Positions 22,636 to 33,369 of a stretch of 64,000 bases of DNA are shown here, piece after piece (positions within the stretch are counted from its first letter, which is position 1; every line of letters starts with the position of its first letter). Where the stretch lies: NCBI RefSeq assembly GCF_006345805.1, contig NC_043003.1, positions 87,482,001-87,546,000 on the forward strand. The letters run 5' to 3'. The stretch is from Octopus sinensis (Eukaryota). Position numbers and translations under genes: made by a program. The notes under the pieces were generated by a model. It saw only the letters and a program-made list of their open reading frames with translations, was not told the DNA's origin and ran no database searches.

Positions 22636-23876
22636 CATTGGGTCATCCCACAAATAATACGTTTTGTATACTTCTTTTACTTTTCAAACTTAAGATAAAC
22701 AAAGTTCTTTTTTAATCTAAACTATATTCTCTTTCATTTGCTACAAGGCTCTTCCATCTATCTGGTAGACTTGCAAGGTCCCTCTTTCAAAATTCACTCC
22801 TCCAGAGCTGTTCTCACCTCGTCAACAGAATTCATATATTTTCCATCCAAATGATTTTGAAGACTGCAGAATAAACGATAATCAGATGGAGCAATATCCA
22901 GTAAATATGGTAGGTGGGGCATTGTTTTCCATTCAAACTGCTCCAGCCTTTGGGATGTCATCCTCGTTGTATGTAGCCAAGCATTATCTTGATGGAAGAA
23001 CTTTTGTCTTGAAACCAAATATTGTAATTTTTCTTCTAGTACCTACTTAAGCTGCTCAAGATGTTTGCAGTAGATCTCCTTTGTTATCATTTGGTTTGAG
23101 TTTAAAAGTTCAAAAGGGACTAAACTGTTCATATCCCACCAAACAGATAACAACACCTTATGTGGGTGAAGACTTTCTTTAGCCTGGGATACCGATGTGT
23201 TTCCTTTCCCTACTACTATCTTCAGCGCTTGACATTTTTATAGAGAACCCATTTCTCGTCATCGGTCACTATTCAGTCCAAAAAAGGTTTATTCGTGAGA
23301 CATAACAGCAGAGAAGAGCACACATTTACTCTCTGCACGTAATTAGACTCAGAAAGTTTGTGAGGAACCTATTCACCCAATTTGCAGACTTTTCCAATGG
23401 TACGCAGGTGTTGAATGACCAAATTCAAGCTTTTCTGCTAGTTCCTCAACAGTTATGATGGGATTTTGTTCTACCAGGGTTCACAGGGCATTGTCATTGA
23501 GCTCTACAGATCTTCCAGGACAAGGTTCATCTTCTAGGCTGTAATTTCTGGCTTGAAATTTCTGAAACCACCGTTGACACTGGCTTACACTTATTGTCCG
23601 ATCTCCATATACTGCATTAATATTCCGCATACTTTCCATTGTGTTGTTGCCTTTATTGAACTCATAAAGAAAAATAGGCCAAACACGCCCCTTTGTCACT
23701 TCCATTATAGCTTTGAAAAAATAACTGTTAAAATCGAACTGCACTCTTCAAAACATGCACTAAGAATAAGTACAAGGTAAAATTAATACCTGCTTTTATA
23801 GCAAGTTGATGCAGGCAGTTTATCCTGTGCTCCTCTGACTTTTAGTTCATGCAACTGAAAAAGCCACATTATTTAT
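22636..23876 (-). mobile_element. Degenerate mariner (Mos1-like) transposon, ~1.24 kb
   Basis: The HTH region reads IFLYEFNKG...INAVYGD...QRWFQKF...LEDEP; the catalytic part reads HQDNA...HLPYLLDIAPSDYRLF. TA-flanked TIR-like ends: CATTGGGTCATCCCACAAATAAT at the left and AAAAGCCACATTATTTA at the right. Confidence 0.88.
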
Positions 23877-23969
23877 ATATATATATATATATATACATAT
23901 ATATATACATATATATACATATATATATATATCTGTAAATGTAATATGTGACAATTATTCGGTAGCCAT

Positions 23970-24030
23970 GATAAAACTCAGAGTTTCGGATGCCGAGGTG
24001 GAAACCCACGCCGCTATCTCTTCAGTTATC
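23970..24030 (-). ncRNA. Type I hammerhead ribozyme with long stem II and palindromic stem III (PLE terminus)
   Basis: Minus strand: GATAA-CTGAAGA-GATAGCGGC GTGG GTTT CCAC CTCGGCATCC-GAAA-CTC T GAGT-T-TTATC. Stem I is a perfect 5 bp, the core is canonical, and the base of stem II is imperfect. Confidence 0.72.
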
Positions 24031-25268
24031 CAGCCATCGGAAAAATGCTATGAAAAATGACCGTTATACAAAGGGAAATTACTGTGTGATTGACCGTTAT
24101 TAAGACAAAAAAGCTATTCGAATGACCGCTAAGTAAAGGAGTAAAGTAAGGGGGTAAAAAGTTCATAGTATTCACGTAAGTGCACCTGTTCATATCTACA
24201 CATGTGCGCCTGCACACCCACGTATGTGCGCCTAAAACTATACATTCATTCACCCTCACTTGAAAACGTACACATCCGCACTCGCATCCTTCGCCAAATG
24301 TATATGCATATACATACAAACCCACACACACGCACCGTAAAGGTTCATGCACACGTCTACATATGCACAAGCACAAGAAAAAACAGGGCTAAGGGTAACA
24401 ATACAGAAAAACGGCATAAGGGAGTATGCAAAGAGTAAACTGCGTCTACATACGCACATACCCTTATGCACGCACACACACGCCCACATACGCACATACC
24501 CGCACACGTCTATATATGCACACACACACGCACGCACAAAAAGGATTATACATGCGTCTAACACAAGAAAAAACAGGGCTAAGGGCAAAAATACAGGAAA
24601 ATGTGTAAAAACACTGAGTAGAATATGTCTATATAAGCACGTACTCGCATGCACACACACACGCACATATCTATATACCGACATACCCGCACACACGCAC
24701 ACATTCACATGTGCCCACAAAAGATTCAATATACACATCTATATACGCACAGGGAAAAATGTAGGGTGGAAAGTAGAATACAGAAAAAACTATGTGTAAA
24801 AAATATATAAGCAATAAACCTATAAACCAAAATATATATATAAATGGAGTTAAACGCAGATGTTACCCCTCCTCTTTCTATAGGATACCTTTGACGTTAT
24901 ATCCTCTAATGTTTTTTAAAATCTTAATAGCATTCAGTTAATCACTATACATATCAATCATATTCTGTTAAAATGTCTTATTGACGAGTTTCATTTCTTC
25001 ATTTCCCCGAAGAGATTATATTGTTTTACACCATTTTATTCCTATGGAATAATACCAGTGATATCTTCGAAACATGTGTCGGAAGTTATTCAACACCTGC
25101 GTTTAACTCCATTTATTTGTTTATATATATTATACAAACTATTTCACGTAAACCCGGAGTTTCTACATTTAAAATCACGGAGTTACACCTATTTTGTTTG
25201 ATTTTTTGCTACCCTGGTAACTATTTATCTATTTTTCCGTGTTAATTGTTAACAAGGGGAAAACACAG

Positions 25269-25301
<33 letters not shown>

Positions 25302-25311
25302 CCAGAGTAAG

Positions 25312-25604
25312 TGAAGGTACATGGCCTAACGGTTAGAACAGCGGACTCGCAGTCAAGGGATCGCGGGTTCGAATCTCATACCGGGTGATGTGCGTGTTTA
25401 TGAGCAAAACACCTAAGCTCCACGCGGTTCCAACAGAAGGTAATGGCAAACCTCTGCTGACTCTTTCGCCATAACTTTCTCTCACTCTTTCCTCCTGCAT
25501 CTTGCAGCTCACCTGTGACTGACCGGTGTCCTGTCCAGGTGGAGAACCTATACACCAAGGAACTGGCCCTAATGAGCCAGGCATGGCTCAAGAAGGAACA
25601 AATA
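25312..25604 (+). mobile_element. tRNA(Arg)-like SINE with 13-bp TSD (ATACCAGAGTAAG)
   Basis: A box TGGCCTAACGG, anticodon-like arm GCGGACTCGCAGTC, B box GGTTCGAATCTC. The direct repeat lies at 25299-25311 and 25605-25617. Confidence 0.88.
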
Positions 25605-25706
25605 ATACCAGAGTAAGCACATAAATGAGAAACAAGGTGGAAAAATAGTACCCGAATACCAGAGGTAGAATAATATGCTTTAATGAAAAGCAGCAAAAAT
25701 ACCACA

Positions 25707-25752
25707 AAAACTGTTGCTCAGAGTTTCACGTTCCCGTTCGTCAGACAGTTTT
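25707..25752 (-). ncRNA. Minimal type I hammerhead (U16.1C lesion), left arm of a fold-back
   Basis: Minus strand: AAAACTGT-CTGACGA-ACG GGAA CGT-GAAA-CTC T GAGC-A-ACAGTTTT, with an 8-bp stem I and a GNRA-capped stem II. A mirrored, differently mutated copy is on the + strand at about 25768-25813. Confidence 0.72.
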
Positions 25753-25840
25753 GTTTAGAATCTAAACAAATCTATCCGATGAATGGGAATGTGAAACTTT
25801 GAGTAACAGTTTTTGTGATATTTTTGCTGCTTTTTAATAA

Positions 25841-25989
<149 letters not shown>

Positions 25990-26875
25990 CTCTCTATATA
26001 TATATATGCATATATGTATATATATGTATATAATATAGATAATATATATGTGCATATATACACATGTATATGTACATATACGTATGTATATATGCATATA
26101 TATATTATTTATATTATTATATGATTGAACGCCACGCATCCATTTCCAAGTATGGTGTACGTACACTTTGGTCTCTTATATGTAAGTATATATTTATCTA
26201 AATCTTTTATGGCTTTATTCTTTCTTTCTATCAGCCCTTTCACCCTTATTCATTCACTCCACTCTTCGTTCTTTTGTTCCCTCTCTCTCACATTTCCCTG
26301 CCTTCTCTTCTTGTTCACTTTCCCTCCTCTTTTCACTTCACTGTGTCCCTGCCATTTTTTCTCGCCCCTCCTTAATTCTTCTGTCCCTCTACCTCTACCT
26401 CTCTCTCTTGTCTCCCCACGTGACCGGTGTTCAGCCAAGCCAGATCTTTCTTTCTTGGTTCAACCGTCGTCTATGCAACATCTATATTCTTCCTTGGGCC
26501 TGTGAAATCTTGTATCCCTGCCATGTATTTCCACACATACCTGCCTAATTTAATTCGTCCTTAGTCGAAAGACACCTGTTGTTATGTCCTGTTATTTGTA
26601 TTTGTGTAACATTCTCCGTATACATTTGCTAGTTTCTTCCAAGGAATCTAATGCTCTTAGTTTAGTTTTTCCTTGGGGCTGGCCAGATTGGAGCAATCTC
26701 GAGTATAACTAACCAAAATTGCAAAGGTAATCTGGAACTCTACTGAAGAAAGAAAACTCCGAATGACTGGTCCGTGTTTTCTTAGTATCGTCTTTCTGGA
26801 TATTTTGTTGTCCCTTTTTTGTATCACCTAACTGTCTGGATGTTTTGCATTCTTGTCCCATTTTGTATTTTATAT

Positions 26876-26921
<46 letters not shown>

Positions 26922-26924
<3 letters not shown>

Positions 26925-28920
26925 CCCTCCCGCATCCACGATACCAACCATGCTCTCCGGCTTTTCAACTCTTTCTCCTTTCCTCCCGGCTCATCCAAAA
27001 TCCTTTTTACTATGGACATCCAGAGCCTCTATACCGTTATCCCTCACCACGAAGGACTGCAAGCACTTCAACACTTTCTCGACCTCCGCTCCAACCCTGA
27101 ACCTGACACCTCCACACTCATTCGTCTGGCCGAACTTGTCCTTACTCTTAACTGCTTCTCGTTCATGGGCGAGTTCTACCATCAGGTCTCGGGAGTGGCT
27201 ATGGGAACGCGAATGGGCCCCAACTATGCGAACCTGTTCGTTGGCTATGTTGAGGCCCAAATATTTTCTAATTTCACTGGTCCCACTCCTGAACTATACG
27301 GTCGTTACATTGACGACATTATCGGTGCCACCTCACTCTCCCGTGAACATCTAGATTCCTTCCTCTCTTTCGTTCAATCTTTCCATCCAGCCCTCCACTT
27401 CACTTCCACTATCTCCAACACCTCTGTCTCCTTCCTCGACATTTCGGTTAGCATTCTTCACTCCACTCTTACCACCTCCATTCACTACAAACACACAGAC
27501 TCACTACTATCCACACCGCCCTTGCCAGAGCACGTTCCGTGGACCGTGTATCTGCTCTCTCTCCCCGAACCCGCCCTGTAGTCTCCCGCCTCCCTTTTCC
27601 CCTCACTTACCACCCCACGCACCATTCTTCGAGCTTTCCGTCATCTCCAGTCCGACCCGTCCACTTCACACCTCTTCCCTAACCGACCCTCTCCTCTTTC
27701 AAACGAGCCCATAACCTTCGAGACCTTTTGGTCCATAGCTCCTTCCCTGACCCTACCTCCCAACCTGGCTCGTTCCCCTGCTCCCGCCCACGTTGCCGGA
27801 CTTGCCCTTACCTCTCCAACACCACCCTCCTCACTGGCACCCATCATCGACCCTATCGCATCATCAACTCCTTCACCTGCACCTCCAGCAATATCATGTA
27901 TTGCGTCTTTTGCTCTCTCTGCCATTCCCTGTACATCGGACAAACGGGACGCCGCTTGGCTGACCAGTTCGCGGAACACCTCCGTGACATCCGCCTTGCC
28001 AACGACACACCGGTCTCACGCCATTTCCGCTCCACCGGTCACTCCTTGCAACACCTCTCTGTGTTCGGTTTGTCCTTGCACAGAGGCCATCCGGATTCCC
28101 GTTTGCACCGTGAACAGGAATTAATCTTCTCTCTTCGCTCTTATACGCCATTTGGTCTCAACTCTCCCCCTCCTCATCTAACCCCCCTCCTCATCTAACC
28201 TCCCCCCGACCCCTACTTCTCTTCAGTCCTTCATCCTTTCACCCCTACTCCTCTTCCCTTCTTCCCTCTTTCTCTCTGCTCCCTCTCTCCCCCCTCTCCC
28301 TCTATCCTCCCTCCTCCTCTTCCCTCCTCTTCTCCTCTCCTTCCTTCTCCCCCTTCTCTCCCCTCCTCTTCTCCTCTCCTTCCTTCTCCGCCTTTCCCTC
28401 CTCTTCTCCCCTTTCTTTCTCCCCCTCCCCTGTCTCCCCCTCACCTCTCCCTCTTACCTCCCCCCTCTTCTCTCATCTCCTCTCTCTACACTACACCATA
28501 CGACTTTACACATCACATCATATATACATACACACGTCCAGACCTCTCATACGCACTAATACTCTCTCTCATACACACACACACACTCTTATGTTGGAGC
28601 AAGGTCATTTAACCCTATTATCTCCCCTAATTTCGCTCTTGCGTCTCACGTTTGATCTTTGACTTCTGGCCGAAATCAGATCGCCATGTTGATTCGCTAG
28701 CCTCTGCACGCATGTTTTTTCTCTCCTTCTTTCTGTGTTTCTTCTCTGTGTATCTTTCTGTTGAAGAGCGTAGGCTCGAAACGTTAAAGACTTGTTTTAT
28801 TTATATTTCCTGAGCGCCATACTAATACAATTGTTTGTTTATATTCCACCTGCCTTCGTCTTTTGTTTATTTCCGTAAACCTACCTTCGTCTTTTGTCTA
28901 TTTTCATAAAGCTTCCCGTT
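26922..28920 (+). mobile_element. Neptune-type Penelope-like element (RT + C-terminal GIY-YIG + pyrimidine tract + hammerhead pLTR), between (TA)n tracts
   Basis: RT motifs are FTMDIQSLYT, GVAMGTRMGPNYANLF and RYIDD. The EN reads CSRPRCRTC...FTCTSSNIMYCVFCSLC..LYIGQTGRRL...EH...RHF...GLN. An internal deletion follows KHTDS. Confidence 0.92.
28753..28790 (+). ncRNA. Minimal type I hammerhead-like motif with CUGUUGA (A6U) core
   Basis: TCTTT-CTGTTGA-A GAGC GTAG GCTC-GAAA-CGT-T-AAAGA, with the ACGT palindromic stem III, at the expected pLTR position of the Neptune element. Confidence 0.6.
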
Positions 28921-28959
28921 ATATATATATATATATATATACATATATAGAAACAGAGA

Positions 28960-29760
28960 TGTGAAATGGAACAAAATGTACAAGCACAACCGAAATAATC
29001 AACTTATCAAAGAAAATCATAAGTATTACACAAACTAAAATTCTAGCAAGAGGTTTAAAGTTTACTCCAACCCTTCACAGATCGAACCCAAATGAAATTA
29101 AGGATAACACTATGGATTTCTGCCGAAAATTATGCTTCACAGAAGCACTTCATAACTACACCAGCGAAGATGTCTCAATAGTAAAAAACAAAAGTGAATA
29201 CTGTCCTACAAAAGGCAGAAATAAAGCACTTGATGCTTTTTGTAAACACATTACCAGCTTTCCTTTTAATACCCTACAAAAACAACCTTAATGTAAATGC
29301 ATGGAAATACATAATTGAGTTAAAAAATGATATAAACCCCACCATTAAAGAAGCTGACAAAGAAGTGCAGTAGTGGTGATGGACACAGAGTACTACAAAA
29401 ATGTAATACTCTCCATGTTGGAAAATAATATTTACTATGAGAAAATAGTACAATACAACCCACAGAAGATACTTAAAAACTAATCCTCCTTACTTCAAAT
29501 ACATGGAAAGGGCCTCACTAAAAATGAAATTGATTATTTATCCAATTTTAAATACAGACCTAGTCTATTCTATTGATTACCTAAAATACACAAAAATCTA
29601 CATATTTGTAAAGCTTGCAAAGATTCTCCAAGCCTATGCATTAATGTTCCTCCCCCTACTGACCTCAAATTGAGATCCATCATTGCTGGCCCTGCTTGTG
29701 AAACCCACCATTTGAGCAACTTCCTCGACATCTAACTCAAACCGTTTCTAAAATATGTGA
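28960..29760 (+). mobile_element. Degenerate PLE RT N-terminal fragment
   Basis: Interrupted translation gives LARGLKFTP, KEADK-SAVVVMD, LPKIHK and IIAGPACET..LSNFLD. Confidence 0.75.
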
Positions 29761-29764
29761 AGTA

Positions 29765-30560
29765 GAGAAATATTACTTAGAGAATTCTTGTATGCAAACG
29801 ATGTTGACTTTTTGGCTCACTCTTTGGATGACATGCAACACATCATGAATTGTTTTGCAGCATCTTGTAATGCTTTGGCATGGAAATTAATTTAAAAAAA
29901 GACCAAGGTAATTTTCACCCCATCACCAGGGGAAGCATATATCAATTTAAATATAATAGTTCATGGAACTAGGTGGAGTGTAGTTGACACTTTTGTTTAC
30001 CTGGGTAGTACATTATCAAAGGATGGTTCACTGGATGCAGAATTACACCTGCATGTTCAGGAGGCCTCTGTAGCCTTTGGAAAACTTGGAAAGAGAGTGT
30101 GGCCAACTCAAGGCATCAATATGAAGACCAAGATTAGTGTGTACAAGGCCTGCATTCTAAGTGCTCGGTTGTACTCTTTCGAAACTGGACAGTACATAGT
30201 AAGCACCTTAATTTGCTTGAACACTTTAACCAAAAATATTTAAGAAGAATTCTAAACATCAAATGGCAACAGAAATTACCAAACACGCAAATCCTTATAG
30301 ATGCTGGCTTCATGAGCATTGAATATATTATCATATCCTCTTAAATGTGCTGGGTAGGCCATGTTGTGCACATGAATGATGAAATACTCCCAAAACAACT
30401 ATTTTACAGTCAATTGCACACTGGGAAATGCACTCAGCACAAACCAAGAAAAATGAAGATCAGAACTTTGAAGTGCTTTCTTTAAAGAGGGGTAAACAGA
30501 GAGGATATGTGAAGAAAGGTGGCAGAATGTTTGACGAGAGACGTCTTCATCATGAAAAAC
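29765..30560 (+). mobile_element. Degenerate RTE/BovB-like RT fragment (second family, no PHD insertion)
   Basis: Translation gives LYANDVDFLAHS..., then INLKKTKV...VVDTFVYLGSTLS...TKISVYKAC. The interval between motifs D and E is short. Confidence 0.78.
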
Positions 30561-30829
30561 TTAAGCGCCAGCTTTAAAAAGGCCACAGTATGAACATCAA
30601 AAAGAACCTAGCGAGCTGGATTTGTGAGGTGTATGGTCGTTGACTGCTCTCTAAATCTCAGTACATCACTCATTTAAAATCACAAAAAAGCCAACTATAA
30701 GTAGTTCTGTCCCTCCAATGCTAAGTGAGATTTGTGGTGTGCAAAAGGATCTGCAAATCAATATGATGGAGGTATGTTGGATTGTTGGTATGGCCGTAGA
30801 ATAGGATTATAACATCTTTTTGATATATA

Positions 30830-30883
<54 letters not shown>

Positions 30884-31957
30884 GAGGGTGCATGTCCTAG
30901 TAGTTGTACACACAATCTAGCAACTATGACTTCAATTCCTAGACCAAGTGATCTAGGAGACATTTTCACTTCACTGCTCCTACAACAATCTCCACTCCTC
31001 AGATCTAAATAGTTGCTTATAGAGCTTCACCTATTCTGTGTTTTACTCCAATAGTTGTGCTACACAATTTTTCTATCTTTAAATGTTAATTCTGAGAAAT
31101 TTATTTCAGGCGTGAATCAATTATTTTGATTGATGAAAACTCAGAAAAGGAAAAGAAAAATCAGTGAGCAGCAATCAACATAAGCGGTCACCAAATTGAA
31201 AAGAAAATGACATGAATGTGTTTTGGAATTTTAAAAAGTTCCGTTATTTTTCTAAAGATATTTTTCAAACATGACTGGACTGGATGACTGTCATTCGAAC
31301 TTATTCTACCAAGGTTTCTCTATGTGGTCATTTAACCAGCTATAAATACATCTCTCACTCTGCTGTTAATATAACATTGTCCTCGCTGATATTAAAATTG
31401 TTAACGACTGGAAGATTATCTCTTTGGAATCAAATACTTGCAAGATATATCTAAATCCCCGATAACAGCAAATACATATGTAGACAACAACAATAAATAG
31501 ACAGAATGGAAAAGCACAGATGACTACCAAACCATAGGTGGAACACCAACATTATGATCAACAGACCAGAAATACCTACCATATCTCCAGACTATTAGGT
31601 TCTCTCAATATTTAAAAAATATCAGAAATCATTCAAATCAAAAATATTTATTTGAAATATAAAACAAAAGCAAGAGCATAAAATAATTTAAAAATTTTTT
31701 ATTCAATATTTTTTCTCCACCTTCAAAGAATTATTCATATGTATATGTATGTATGCATGCATGTACATGTCTGTGCATTGGCAATGTATGTATGTGTGCA
31801 TATATACGTAAATATGCATATGTGCATGTGTGTATGTATATATAAACACACATATACACACTACATATATATGTAAAGGTGTGTGTATCATCTATACATG
31901 CACATATGCATATGCAATAACTGGCTTTCAAATTTGAGCAAGAATATGAGATGAAAT

Positions 31958-32715
31958 CTAAGCATTGTTGGCTCAGATAGCAGCTCGCTTGCTAGTGACA
32001 GCCTGGAAGCCTGACTTGATGCTTGTGACAGAACAGCAGGGACCACAGGTCTCACACTGTAAGAAGAACAGCCTCATGTCTTTCTGGAGCAAGGTCTTTG
32101 AAGACTAGTGGGTATGGTAAGTGACGTATTCCTTAATTTATTTCCTGACAAGTGTTTTTATCTGTTTATGTTGGAAACCTCCCTTGATGATTAATTGGGT
32201 GTTACCATCGATCAAACCTCTGTACCCAATTCAGCTAACAGAAAACCTAACACATGCTTAGGTTCTCTATAAAACAATCTGCATATTTCAGAGAAGTTAG
32301 CAAAAGATGCCTTCTTTGTGCTGTTTCTTAATACTTGAGGCAGTTTCATGATAAACCATTTCTTCTTTCCAGCAACCATGTCAGGGTTCTTCTCTCTTAT
32401 AATGTCAAACACTCTTGTAAGTAACTCATAATATGTGTAATCACAATCAGAACCATACCAAGCCTTACTACAACCAATTTCATCATCATCATCCTCATCA
32501 TCTGCCATTTCTTCCTCAACAGCTTGTTTTCTTCTTTTACCTCTGTGGCAATGATAAGTTTAGGTCATTGTCATCATTCCGAATGGGGTCTTCAACATCA
32601 AACTCATTGCTGACTTTTGCTGTTTCAGGGGTGCTGTATGGCTGCTCATCCAAATCTATAGGCTTCTTTTTCTTTTTCTTCTTTGTAAGTTCCAGAGAGA
32701 AATCTTGCTCTACTT
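31958..32715 (-). pseudogene. EIF2S2: Processed pseudogene of translation initiation factor eIF2-beta
   Basis: Intronless. K-boxes LELTKKKKKKKP and LPQR*KKK, then [25 protein letters not shown]...LLAELGT, then a frameshift into IDGNTQLIIKG.FQ...IKEYV...[29 protein letters not shown]. Several stops, at least two frameshifts, and decayed zinc-ribbon cysteines. Confidence 0.93.
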
Positions 32716-33369
32716 GTCACAGTGATTTCAATTCCTAGACCAGGTGGTACATTGTGTTCTTGAGTAAAGCACTTCATTTCACATTAATCTGCGATCACTT
32801 CGATGCCTGACACATGGTACACAGTGCACTTGTTCAGACAGGTGTCTCCATTTGATGGAGAGAGTAAGCTAATGTGTGGCACAAATATTTGGTCACATTT
32901 GTGCAGGTCATTCAGCAAAAGCTGAATGCTCATATGCCATCTTTGACAGGAGAGTCATCAGGGGTGTGTGTGTGTGTGTATGCATATCCATGTTATGTAT
33001 ACATGTGTATGTTTATGTAAATATCCCTACAATGCGATGCTGGTGATAATTTTAGAACTATTGTGGTGTGCACAGGTACTTCTACATTGCCAAAGACTAA
33101 TTATTCCCTTAATAATAAAAATGATAATAATATTGAAAACTTTTAATTTATCCACTCTCCCCAAGTCCATAGCTGTCGCATACCCACGAAGGTTCTACAG
33201 GGCTGAAAGAAATTGTAATTGTCATTGTAATTCATGCTGCAACCTATACAAGTACCTGCCTACACTAAGCCAAAGGAGCTGCTACCTTCTGGCAAGTGAC
33301 CACTAAGATCTTTTCTGATACTGAAAACATCTCCACAACTTCTCTTCCATGTTTCTTAGGTTTACAAAC

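Noticed and set aside
25312-25385. tRNA gene (also the heads at 8250-8325, 36491 and 62168)
   Set aside because: No complete acceptor stem or terminator, and each continues into a SINE body.
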